Source: the human T2T-CHM13v2.0 reference genome, Homo sapiens. Taken from it: a DNA stretch of 64,000 nt. Below are positions 14,566-27,831 of the stretch, piece by piece. The stretch lies in assembly GCF_009914755.1 (NCBI RefSeq), contig NC_060927.1; one strand, 5' to 3'. The notes beneath the pieces are model-generated. The model was not told the DNA's origin. It saw only the letters and a program-made list of their open reading frames with translations, and ran no database searches. Each line of letters begins with the position of its first letter. The stretch's first letter is position 1. The position numbers were made by a program, and so were the translations under genes.

Positions 14566-15119
14566 TTAGCTTCAGAAATCAACTCAAATCCCCAAATGCC
14601 TCATGTCAAAGCTGCATACAGATGTTCAGACAACAGATGAGGATTTAAAGACAAAGAGGAAGATGGCAGTCTCTGAGGAAGACTTCTCTACCCAGTGAAT
14701 ATGTGGACACTGAGAGCTTCATGGTATCTTTCCTGGTATTGGTTTGACAAAGTTAAGAACTAATGTGAAGCAGAGGCATACAGGATGCTAGACCGACCAT
14801 CTGGATCCACACATAACCATGTGAAGAAATCATGAATACCGGAAGACTGGAGGCATGTTTCTTACGAAATTAGCTCCTCTACCAGTGACACACCTACAGT
14901 GGGCCTGCTGGCATCATGCCACTGTTGTTCTGGGAAAAATGAGTTCAAGCCACCTGGTTATGTCCCTAAACAATGGTGGAATTTGGTAAGAATGGATAAA
15001 GGGAGTATTGCTAGTTCATTCCCCTATCACTAGCTCACATAAAATGCCCACTCAGCTATTGCTATCGCCTCTGAAGGATGGTCAGGTGTTCGGGTAAGAT
15101 TTAGATATTAAAATTGTTT

Positions 15120-15257
15120 GGCCAGGCATGGTGGCTCATGCCTGTAATCCTAGCACTTTAGGAAGCCAAGGCAGGAGAATCACTTGAGGTCATGAGTTCA
15201 AGACCAGCCTGGTCAACATGGCAAGACCCTATTTCTACAAAAAGATTTTTAAAAAAT
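15120..15257 (+). mobile_element. FLAM / Alu left monomer
   Basis: Single monomer; TSD AAAATTGTT. Confidence 0.85.
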
Positions 15258-16762
15258 TGTTCAGCAGACACTTGGCATTCTCAGATGTAATACTTAGTAA
15301 TAACAATGACAATTATAATATGAACATAGTGCTTAATATGTGTGAGACGCTGTGTTAAGCATTTTTCATGTGACAACTCATTGACCTGTGACGACACCAT
15401 TTGTGTTAGTCCCTTGTCATGCTGTTGATAAAGACATAACTGAGACTGGGAAGAAAAAGAAGTTTAACTGGACTTACAGTTCCACATTCTTAGGCTGGGG
15501 AGGCCTCAGAATCATGGCAGAAGGTGAAAGGCACTTCTTACAAGTCGACAGCAAGAGAAAATGAGGAGGAAGCAAAAACAGAAACCTCTGACAAACCCAT
15601 CAGATCTCGTGAGACTTATTCACTATCACAAGAACAGCACGGGAAAGACTGGCCCCCATGATTCAATTACCTCCCTCTGGGTCCCTCCCACAACACGTGG
15701 GAATTCTGGGAGATACAATTCAAGTTAAGATTTGAATGGGGACACAGCCAAGCCATACCATTCTGCCCCGGCCCCTCCAAATCTCATGTCCTCACATTTC
15801 AAAACCAATCATGCCTTCCTAACAGTCCCCCAAAGTCTTAACTCATTTCAGCATTAACCCAAAAGTCCACAGTACAAAGTCTCATCTGAGATGAGGCAAG
15901 TCCCTCCTGCCTATGAGCCTGTAAAGTCAAAAGCAAGCTAGTTACTTCCTAGATACAATGGGAGTACAGGTACTGGGAAATACAGCCATTTCAAATGAGA
16001 GAATTTGGCCAAAACAAAGGAATTACAGGGCCCATGCAAGTCCGAAATCCAATGGGGCAGTCAAATTTTAAAGCTCCAAAGTGATCTTCTTTGACTCCAG
16101 GTCTCACACCCAGGTCACGCTGATACTAGAGGAGGGTTCCCATAATTGTGGGCAGCTCTGCCCCTGTGGCTTTGCAGGGTACAGCCTTCCTCCTGGCTGC
16201 TTTCACGGGCTGGCATTGAGTGTCTGTGGCTTTTCCAGGCTCACAGTGCAGGCTGTCGGTGGATCTACCATTCTGGGGTCTGGAGGACAGAGGCCCTCCT
16301 CTCACAGCTCCACTAGGCAGTGGCCTAGTAGGGACTCTGTGTGGGGGCTCCCACCCTACATTTGCCTTCTGCACTGCCCTAGCAGAGGTTCTCCATGAGG
16401 GCCCTGCCCCTGCAGCAAACTTTTGCCTGGGCATCCAGGCATTTCCATACATCTTCTGAAATCTAGGTGGAGGTTCCCAAACCTCAGTTCTTGACTTCTG
16501 TGTACCTGCAGGCTCAACATCTCGTGGAAGCTAACAAGGCCTGGGGCTTGTACTCTCTGAAGCCACAGCCTGAGCCTAGGGCTAGTGCCCTAGGCTGCAC
16601 AGGCTGCACACAGCACGGGGACCCTGGGCCCAGCCTACGAAACCACTTTTTCCTCCTGGGCCTCCAGGCCTGTGATGGGAGGGGCTGCCATGAAGGTCTC
16701 TGACATGGCCTGGAGACATTTGGTCTTGTGGTCTTGTGGATTAACATTAGGCTTCTTGCTAC

Positions 16763-17296
16763 TCATGCAAATTTCTTCAGCTGGCTTGAATTTCTCCCCA
16801 GAAAATGGGTTTTCTTTTCCACTACATCGTCAGGCTGCAAATTTTCTGAACTTCTATGCTTAGCTTCCCTTTTTAAATGTAGTGCTTTTAACAGCACCCA
16901 AGTCACATTTCGAATGCTTTGTTGCTTAGAAATTTCTTCCACCAGATAACCGAAATCATCTCTCTCAAGTTCAAAGTTCCACAAATCTCTGGGGCAGGAG
17001 CAAAATCCCGCCAGTTTCTTTGCTAAAACATAACAAGAGTCACCTTTGCTCCTGTTCCCAACAAGTTTCTCATCTCCATCTGAGACCACCTCAGCCTGGA
17101 CTTTATTGTTCATATCACTATCAGCATTTTTGTCAAAGCCATCAACAAGTATCTTGGAGGTTCCAAACTTTCCCACATTTTCCTGTCTTCTTCTGAGCCC
17201 TCCAAACTGTTCCAACCTCTGCCCGTTACACAGTTCCAAAGTCGCTTCCACATTTTTGGGTATCTTTTCAGCAACACCCCACTCTACTGGTACCAA
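16763..17296 (-). pseudogene. Remnant MaLR gag-like ORF in the THE1 internal region
   Basis: Translation EKIPKNVEATLEL...GDSCYVLAK...CPRDLWNFELERDD.GYL.EEISKQQSI is typical THE1-int; non-ATG start. Confidence 0.75.
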
Positions 17297-17572
17297 TTTG
17301 CTGTATTAGTTCGTTTTCATGCTGCTGATAAAGACATACCTGAGACTGGGAAGAAAAAGAGGTTTAATTGGATTTACAGTTCCACATGGCTGGGGAAGCC
17401 TCAGAATTATAGGGGAAGGCCAAAGGCACTTCTTACATGACAGCAGCAAGAGAAAATGAGGAGGAAGCAAAAGCGGCAACCCCTGATAAACCCATCAGAT
17501 CCCATCAGATAGTGAGACTTATTCACTATCATGAGAATAGCAAGGGAAAGACTGGCCCTCATGATTCAATTA

Positions 17573-17946
<374 letters not shown>

Positions 17947-18357
17947 TTAGTTGAGATTTGAATGGAGACACAGCCAAACCATATCACCATTATTATCTCC
18001 ATTTTATAGATAAAGAAACTGAAGCAGAGCAGTAAATTCACCCAGGATCACATAACTGTGAGGTGTCATAGCTTGGATTTAAACTAGGACAGGATGGCTT
18101 CACAACTTTCAGTCTTCATGAGTCACTCTGAAGACCCATATATAGTAATTTGTCATTCTTCAGAAGCAGGGATTGAATTCACTTGTTATGAAAGGGCTTT
18201 GTGCAAGAAGAAAGTCACTTAGCTAGTGACTGAGCCCAGCCCATTGAACAACATCTGAATCTCAGAAAAGTTTTTCTGTTTTCTGGTCAACCTAATGTGG
18301 ACCTTTTGCAAGAAAATTATATGCCACAGTAGATGGCATATAATTTAGTTAGATGTA

Positions 18358-19050
18358 ATAATTATGATGCTTTTGACAATAGGTAACAAAAATGCCAACT
18401 AACAAGCATTTTAAAAGTAAAGACAATTAACTTTCTAATGCAACAAGAAGTCTGGAGAGAGGTGGTTTTAGGTTGGTGCAGCAGCTCAAAGATCCTCAGC
18501 ATGTTGGTGTTGACTTCCCTCGTGTCCCAAGGTGGCTGCAGTAGTTCCAAGCATCACATCTTCATTCTCTGGTATCCAAGAAGAGAAGAGGGAGGGAAGG
18601 CAAAAACATTTCCTCTTTTTAAGGAGGAAAAATACTTTCTGGAAGTTCCCCCTACCTCTTTTCTGTCACATTTCATTGCCCAGAACTATGTTACATGTCA
18701 ACCCCTAAGCTGAGGTTTCTCCACCTCAGCCTTATTGACGTTTTGGCCCAGGTGATTATTTGTTGTGTGAGGCTTAGCAGCATCCCTGGCCTCCACTCAT
18801 TAGATGCGGGGAATACAGTCCCAGTTAGGACAACCAAAAATGTTTCCAGACACTGTCAAATGTGTGTGTGTGTGTCTGTAAAATTGCCTGAGGTTGAGAA
18901 CTATTGTCTTAGACCAATGACTGGCAAAAAGAAATGGGAAAGTCATAACTGACTTAGACGAATCAGTTTATCCTCTGGGGCTGGGCACACTGATGCCTGA
19001 AGAGTCCTGTTTAAGGGAGGAGGGGTAATGGCTGTGGTTTTACAATCATG
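18358..19050 (-). mobile_element. Old MLT1 (K/L-type) MaLR LTR, interrupted by MER20 (~18708-18910)
   Basis: CAAGGTGGCTGCAGTAGTTCCAAGCATCACATC; CATTGCCCAGAACT; MER20 AAAAATGTTTCCAGACACTGTCAAATG. Confidence 0.6.
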
Positions 19051-19064
19051 CCCACATTGCTTTG

Positions 19065-19377
<313 letters not shown>

Positions 19378-20790
19378 TAGAAATAGGTGTCTCAAGATAA
19401 CGAATTTTTCAGCTTTGGTGGCCACAGGAAAACAACAGGGAGTCAGGGTAGCCAATCTTCTTTTTATTTAGAAAATCTACACCAAGATGCCTTTTTTGGG
19501 GCATTTTTTTTTCTCCACCTCCCTTTTTTTTTTTTTAAAGACAAACTTGTATTTGTCCGTGGATACTTGGTAAATAAGGACTGCAAAAGGAAAATTCCTA
19601 AATGTATTCCTCCATTACATGCCTTGGACATTTAACTTCAGAAATTAAGATTATGGTTGTAAAACTTTTCAAATTGGTTGTTTGAAAACCATTGGTAAAC
19701 ACCATTAGGTTGGCTGCCCAAGGTCATTTCAGTCTTATGATATTTATTTTCAAAATTTCAATCAGTCAGGAGGTATACAAGGTGGGATTCAGAACTTTCA
19801 GCTAGAAAACAATACTTGGATTTAAAGGGTTACAAGGTGTGATTTTTCTGGCTTTCAAAGAGCTGTGTTTCAGATCATGGTTTTCATCAAAGTCATTTTC
19901 TACATTTTTGTAAACATGTTTAATAAGAAAAAATTTAAATAGCCAAAACAAAATGAAAAATTGCTCTAAATATGGAAACATTGGAATGAGTGCTATGTTG
20001 TAAAGGCTCTCCCTTATGAAAACACTATAAAGCTAGCACTGTATATCTTAGGGAAGGGGGACATTTTGTTATTGCTTTCTAAAAGAACTTTTTTACTCTA
20101 TCCTTTAGCAGTGAGATTGAAAGAATATTGAGAATTCCCTGATGGGAACCCAGCTTTCATTATTAAAAGGAAGGCCCTGAGTAAATATGAAATTACTTAC
20201 ATTAGGGCTACAGACACCAATGAAGGCTGAACGCCCAATTATAATAAATGAAAATTGTTAGTTGAATTTCCCCCCAAAACCACAGAGGCATAAATACTTC
20301 AGGAATTGATTTTCTTTTACTCAGATACCTTATAATGATTCAGCAAAACAAAATTATAAATACTTCAGCTCTGAGTAATATTAAATTGGGAGCAGATTGG
20401 ATCCTACTCCCCACAGTCCACTTACCTCAGACAGGTCGGCAGTACCAGGATGTGCTTCAGTGGAAAAGTTTATCCTAAATTGATTGGAGCAGAAAAAACA
20501 AAATCTGATATATGTATTTTTAAACTCCCACCCCTCATCATGTGCTCAGTGCATTTTTTCCCCCTCATCGCAATTTTGTAAAGGTCTGATTCAAAATATT
20601 TAATTAGAAAATTAGCTTAATCAGATTTGAGGGAACTAAAAATAGAACAACCCTAAGGTGAGTGTATATATACATACACACACACACATATATACAGGTT
20701 CTCTGTTGTCAGATAGCAATTAAGAAAAAGATTACCACTAAGAAAAAAATATATATCTATTTTATGTACACATATACCCACACATACTTG

Positions 20791-21347
20791 TAGTCAATTA
20801 TATTATTCATGGTAGCTATGTTCTTTAAAGTTGTAACAAATACTGAATTAGTAAATAGCAAATCATTGACCCTAGGGGAAACTTAGGGTTAAGTTCCTGC
20901 AAACCTGTGGTCACAACATGATTATTCACTGATCAACACATAACCTTGTTTTATGTATGTTTTTGTTTAAAGACACCTTATTTAATACACAGTGCTGATT
21001 CATTTTTAACATTGAACTCACAAACACCATAACTCACATCTGCACAAAATTTATCTAACACACGTATTTTCTCTGTAAGGCACATCACAGCCTTCTTACG
21101 CTTAGGAACACAAGAGAACTATGGTTGGGGGCTGTTTTAAACAGCAAAATCACCAACTAAAAGCACACAAATGTGAAAAACCTGGTGCTAGATAGACCTC
21201 GAAAAGGACCCCTGTTTATAGGCTGAGGGGTGAAACAAGTATTCGACCTGGGAACATGCACATTAGGTGACTCAAATTTCCCCCCTCTTTCCGCAGGTCT
21301 GAATAATCACAGAAGTGCTACAGTATTGATTTTGGGGGTTACAAACA
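20791..21347. mobile_element. MER82 (TcMar-Tigger) DNA transposon
   Basis: CCTAGGGGAAACTTAGGGTTAAGTTCCTGC...GTAAGGCACATCACAGCCTTCTT. Confidence 0.75.
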
Positions 21348-21412
21348 TGTATATATACACCTACATATGTACATACACACACATATGTACATATACACAC
21401 ACACACACACAT
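21348..21412. repeat. (CA/TA)n microsatellite
   Basis: Direct inspection. Confidence 0.85.
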
Positions 21413-21762
21413 ATCTTGTTTGTTGGTGCAAAAAATTGGTTCTCTGTTCACTACACGTATGTGAAAGGAAGTATTCTCTCTACCAGGCCTTCCTATAAGA
21501 CCCTCAAGCTGGGAGTAGGTAAAGTTTTTTAGTAAGTGAATGGCTTTGAGGCTGTGGAAGATAAAAAGATGGATCAACTGCCTAAGATATGGGGTCCTTA
21601 GAGAGTGGCAAATAGAAATCCCCACCCTGCCCATTTCTCAGGCACATCTAACGCTCCCCAGTCACAGAGCTACGTACTAGATGTGTAAACTTGGGCCAAG
21701 CAGGTAACTGCTTTGTACCTCAGTTTCCTCAAGTATAAAATGGGATAAATTTTAGAACATAC

Positions 21763-22190
21763 TGTCATGGGGCCAGCATTGCATGGGCGATAAGAATAAT
21801 TTATTTACCAAGACAGTCGCAGTTAAAGAAAGGCAGATTAGAGAAAGTATGAAAATATGTTGCAAGGAAGCAATGGGCAGGTCAGCAAAAGAAGAGCCGA
21901 CTGCAAAGAGACAAAGGCTTGCTAGGGCTTTTATAGGATGTTGTGCTATGTGCTGAAGAGGGCTCTGTGCAGTACTGATAATGCCAAGGTTGCAGTGAGC
22001 TAACTTGCATTTTTCTTTCAGCCAAGGGTCTGGTGATAGCTGGGCTCAGGAAGATTGTGAGTCATTTGTGCAGGAGGGGCTATGTGTCTTGGACCATGAA
22101 GAAAGATAGACTTATAGTTTATCTGCTTTCTCTTTTTGCTTTCCCTCGTTTCTGGCAGTCCAACTCCCTGTCCCTAATTAGGACTCCACA
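21763..22190 (-). mobile_element. ERV solo LTR (LTR47-like, ERVL class) inserted in a MIR
   Basis: TG...CA termini (minus strand starts TGTGGAGTCCTAATTAGG); degenerate 5-bp TSD CATAC/CGTAT; subfamily uncertain. Confidence 0.7.
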
Positions 22191-22259
22191 CGTATCTCTT
22201 TGAGTTGCTGTGAGGATTAAATGAGATAATGCTTGTAACAATGAAAAAGCACAAGTCTT

Positions 22260-22850
22260 TTCTTGGTACAACCAGACCTTAGATAACTCCTGACGAGATG
22301 CAATATGTGAAACATACAACCCAAGTATGACATATTATTGTCAAAAACAGTGAAGCCTAATCAAGCCTCCGGAGCCAACCAGGAGGGAGAGTTAACTAGT
22401 CAAACAGTTTCATGCTTTGCAAACAATCAGATAAATTCAGGAGGTAAGACAGCTGACTTTGTGTGTGTATGCGTGTGTGTGTGGGGGTGTGTGTGTGTGT
22501 GTGTGTGGCAACAAGTTAATAGCATGAAAAAAAGAAAGGGAAGGGGGAACTTTCATGAGATGAAAGAGAAATAATCATCAAGTGCAATATGTGCACAATT
22601 AAGTTGTACAAAGACACCTTTGGGACAGTTGGGGACATTTGAATATAACTGGCTAGCTGGTATTAAATAATTAAAATAATTACCTCTATTGTTAATAGAG
22701 GTAATAGAGAATGGTACTGCAGTTTTATAGGAAAATGTCCTTATACTTTAGAGGTTTATACAGAAGTGTTAAAGGGTAAATGACATGTTGCCAGGGATTT
22801 AAAAAAAATATTATGGGAAGGGAAAGAAAAAAAAGGGAAAGATTAGGAAA
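22260..22850 (+). mobile_element. L1MC-type 3' fragment containing (GT)n at ~22460-22506
   Basis: GAAGCCTAATCAAGCCTC...GGGACAGTTGGGGACATTTGAATAT...GAAAATGTCCTTA. Confidence 0.6.
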
Positions 22851-22896
22851 AAACACTGCTAATTAGTTGCTTGACTAAAGTTAGTAGTAAATTATT

Positions 22897-23227
22897 TCTT
22901 TTTCTTTGTTTTTGTTTTTGTTTTTGTTTTTGTTTTTTTCTGAGATGGGGTCTGGCTCTGTCGCCTAGACTGGGATGCAGTAATGTGATCATAGCCCACT
23001 GCAGCCTCAAACTCCTGGGCTTAAGTGATACTCCTGCCTCAGCCTCCTGAATAGCTGGAACTATAGATGCACGCCATCATGCCTGGCTAATTTTTAAAAT
23101 TTTTGGTAGAGATGGGGGTCTCACTATGTTGCCCAGGCTGGTAATGAACTCCTGACATTGAGTGAAGCTCCCATCTCAGGCTCCCAAAAGTGCTGTGATT
23201 ACAGGTGTGAGACATTGCACCCAGTCA
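22897..23227 (-). mobile_element. AluJ
   Basis: Antisense dimer with (TTTTTG)n tail. Confidence 0.92.
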
Positions 23228-23339
23228 ACAGTAAATTCTTTCGAAGTGGTTAGAAGTCTGCTGCCTACAGTACTTTTGGAGTTATGGAAGGGTTTAGCTC
23301 AATTCTATGTAGTTGTTATTACTTAAAGAGTGAACTTTT

Positions 23340-23645
<306 letters not shown>

Positions 23646-24144
23646 GAGAGTGAACTTTTAGTTGCAGTGAGAGAGAAGAGAGAAACATAAGAAATGGTTG
23701 CTAAGTAATAGCTTAGTCAGCAGAGGTCTGGAATCTCTGGGGTCTCTGAGATCTTTCATGTGATTCATGAGTTCCAAAACTGTTTTTATAAGAATGCTAA
23801 GGAGCTGAAGCTGAGACCTAAAAGCTAAGCAGGAGTGCTCTGGGCAGAGGGAATGGTACGTGCAAAGGCTCTACAGAGCACTCTGCATATGGAAGTCTGA
23901 CTCAAAGTGCTTCTGTGTAATTGGAATGTACAGTTCACAGCACATACATAGCTGATGGAGCGGTTTGTGGGAGGATTCCTTTGCCTTACATTTGTTCATT
24001 GGCATGGGACTGAAGCCTTGGCATTGAGTGCCACACTTCTTGCAGTGAGGTAGGAACCTGTCAAAGCTTGGAAGGCCATCTTAAAGGTATCCAATTCTGA
24101 ACATTTTCTCTCTTGTTTTCTGTATACTTAAGAATACTACTTTT

Positions 24145-24439
<295 letters not shown>

Positions 24440-24869
24440 CTACTCTTAAAGATACCCAGGTTTGGCAAAGTAATTGTAATCACCCCAGTCCATCCTATAG
24501 GGCACTTGTGAGTTTATAAAGCTCTTCCTTATGGGCATTTCTGCATTTGGATTTTGAGCCAATAGGGTAGACACAGTGGGCATTATTATCCCCAATTTAC
24601 AGAGTGGGAAAATAAGGCTCTAAAACATCAAGTTTCTTGACCTGTGTTACCCAGTTAATGAGTAGCCAAGCCAGGACTTGAAGCTTGGTCTTTAGCCACC
24701 AAATCATTAATAAACTAATCAATTCATTAAAATGCTCATTGATTCCATATGATTCCGTCATAGGTGATGGCTGAGGATGCAAGATGAATGAGACAAGTCC
24801 TTACTCTCACATACTTGTCCCCTGTGTTTCTCCACATGTCTCTCCAGTCCCCTGTGTCTCTCCAGTGTC

Positions 24870-25870
24870 TATTCTTCCTGATGCTCTCCCTTCCCCCAAC
24901 CCCCGACAGGCCCCAGTGTGTTGCTTCCCTCCCTGTCTCCATGTGTTCTCATCATTCAGATCCCACTTACAAGTGAGAACATGTGGTGTTTGGTTTTCTG
25001 TTCCTGTGTTAGTTTGCTGAAAATAATGGCTTCCAGCTCCATCCATGTCCCTGCAAAGGACATGATCTCATTCCTTTAAATGGCTGCATAGTATTCTATG
25101 GTGTATATTTACCACATTTTCTTAGTCCATTATGTTATTGATGAACATTTGGGTTAATTTCATCTCTTTGCTATTGTGAATAGTGCTGTAACGAACATAC
25201 GCATGCATGTATCTTTATATTAGAATGATACATATTCCTTTGGGTATATGCCCAATAATGGGATTGCTCGGTCACATGGTATTTCTGTCTCTTGGTATTT
25301 GAGGAATTGCCACAATGTCTTCCACATGGTTGAACTAATGTACACTTCCACCAACAGTATAAAAGCCTTCCTTTTTCTCTGCAACCTCGCCAGCATCTGT
25401 TGTTTCCTGACTTTTTAATAATTGCCATTCTGACTGTGAGACGGTATCTCATTGTGGTTTTGATTTGCATTTCTCTAATGATCAGTGATGCTCAGCTTTT
25501 TTTCATGTTTGTTGGCTGCGTGAATGCCTTCTTCTGAGCAGTGTCCATTCGTGTCCTTTGCCCACTCTTTTTTTTTCTTCTTGTAAATTTGTTTAAGTTC
25601 TTTGTAAACTCTGGATACTAGACCTTTGTCAGATGGATAGATTGCAAATATTTTCTCCCATTCTGTAGGCTGCCTATTCACTCTGATGATAGTTTCTTTT
25701 GCTGAGCAGAAGCTCTTTAGTTTAATTAGATTCCATTTATCAATATTTGCTTTTGTCGCTATTGCTTTTGGCATTTTTGTCTTGAAATCTTTGCCTGTGC
25801 CTATGTTCTGAATGTTATTGCCTAGATTTTCTTCTAGGGTTTTTATAGTTTTGACGTTTACGTTTAAGTT
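24870..25870 (-). mobile_element. L1PA (primate L1) ORF2 C-terminus plus part of the 3' UTR
   Basis: ORFs MQIKTTMRY... and [23 protein letters not shown]... are L1 ORF2 motifs, broken by frameshifts. Confidence 0.95.
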
Positions 25871-25883
25871 CTTACTTTCTAAG

Positions 25884-26170
25884 GCAGAAGTGGCAACATG
25901 GTAACCTATAGGCCAAATCTGGCCCTCAGGTTAAATCAGGCTCACGGACACAGTATTGGGGCCTTCCCCTTGCTGGTTATTCTCTGTGTTTTAAATTTGA
26001 ATTAATCACCAATGTTTCCCTTGAGGGAGAGTTGTACATAGGGATCTGGATTCTGACCTCTCTTAAACAATGGAAAGATCTGGCAATACGAGTACTGACT
26101 CAAGTGCACTCCAGTTTGCCACAGTCCCCATGGTCTTCTCTTGTCCCTGGGATAGTGCATTAATTCACAG
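25884..26170. mobile_element. MER102-type hAT-Charlie element
   Basis: CAGAAGTGGCAAC...GGCCAAATCTGGCCC...GAAAGATCTGGCAATAC. Confidence 0.6.
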
Positions 26171-27157
26171 CATCTGCCTGGTCTGGGCCAGGCCTAAAGG
26201 ATCAAAGACTGCTTCTTTAGTGCTACATCCATGGCCCTCCATGATTTGGCCTCAACTTGCCTCTTTTGCTTCATCTCCATCCCATTTGGAACTTTATGCT
26301 CTGGTAATAAGGAGATGATTGTAGTTCCCAGAATAGAGTATGTCTGTGGTTCCTTTAAATGACCTGTACCTTTTTCTCAGTTCTACTGAACCATATGTTC
26401 CTTCAAGACCCAGATTAGATATCATCTTCTCCAGGAGGCCTTCCCTGACCCTTGAGGATCTCTTTGTGTTCCCCTAGTTTCTTGTGCCCTCTCTAACTAT
26501 GATACTGAAATGATCTGCTTATCCAGTAGCCCCCCCATTGGGAACTTCTCTCACCTGCCTACATTCACTTTTGTAGCCCAGCACCTAGTGCAGTGTCAGG
26601 CATACCTAGGGGCAGGTGTCATAAGAACTCAGACTCCAAATGCTTCCATTAGAGAAGGCCTGGGAATCCAGAGAGGGGAATTTTATTGGAGACCAAATCC
26701 CTTTCTGCAGCCTTTTGCCTTCTTTTCTCTATGTGTCCGTTCCAGGAGCCCCTGTGCATGAAAAAAAATTTACTAATTTGGTTTTACTGGGCACATTGGG
26801 CTTTAGATAGGAGATAGTTTAAATAATCAAGTCTTTCTGGCTTCTTGCCTTTGCACGCCTGGATGAGCCAGAAGTGAAAATGTAGGTGAGTCACTGAGTT
26901 GCCTCTCGGCCCCACTGCAGTGCAAGGCTTAGGAGACCCCTCCTCAAGAATGGTGCTCCTGGCAATTTGGGAGAGGGAACTGATTCTGAGAAGCCAGCCT
27001 AGGCTAGGATGGCTTAATCACTATAATTACTCATTGCAGCTATTAATAATCGCTAGTTATTTAGATATGAAGTAATTAATTCACCACTATTAAATAGAGG
27101 TACTTAGTGAGGAATTAAATACTTTGCCTAAAGCTATCCTTAGAAGAAAGGCAGGGA

Positions 27158-27281
27158 GGCCAGGTAGTATGGTGGCTTCTGCCTGTAACCTCAGCACTTT
27201 GGGAGGCCAAGGCAGGAAGATTTCTTGAGGCCAGGAGTTCAAGACCAGCCCAGGCAATATAGTGAGACACTGCCTCTACCA

Positions 27282-27310
<29 letters not shown>
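27158..27310 (+). mobile_element. FLAM / Alu monomer with (TAA)n tail
   Basis: CAGCACTTTGGGAGGCCAAGG...(AAT)n. Confidence 0.85.
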
Positions 27311-27312
<2 letters not shown>

Positions 27313-27831
27313 GGGAACATGGTAATCTAATTTAGAGCCTGCTCTATTCCAAACCAACTCCAGGAAACTCACCTCGATGACAGGATCTGGTTGAGGATGT
27401 TATTCCTTACATTGCAGAATGTCCTCCTGCTCCTCTGTATCAGGAAAAGCCATGTTGTTCCTGGACAGTGTGAGTTAGATAGCCTGTCCTGATTCCCTTT
27501 CTGTGTTAATTGCTGGAAAGCTCAGAGTCAAATTTGTGACTTGCTTATTTAGGTTTGTATGGTGTTCACTTTTGGAATAAGCCTCATTCTTAGCTTTCTA
27601 CTTGTATTTTTCTTTCTTTTGGCCTACCTACTTAAAAAAAATAAACGTCCCTACCCTGCCTTTACTAAAGAATGATACTTTGTGCAAACGAAATCTTTAA
27701 AAATGTATAGAACACAGAAAAGCAAACACAAAATGAGTAAAAATCACCTAGTCATACCCAGAGAGAACACCATTTATATTTTGGTATATTTTCTCCCTAC
27801 CCCCACCTAACCCACAGTCTATACATATATT

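Noticed and set aside
14830-15035. Stop-free plus-strand stretch (PEDWRHVSYE...KQWWNL) with a GTAAGA donor
   Set aside because: No start codon, no convincing acceptor and no protein similarity that I recognise
25171-25774. ORFs with L1 ORF2 similarity (also 46505-46984)
   Set aside because: Truncated, frameshifted L1 relics, not functional CDS
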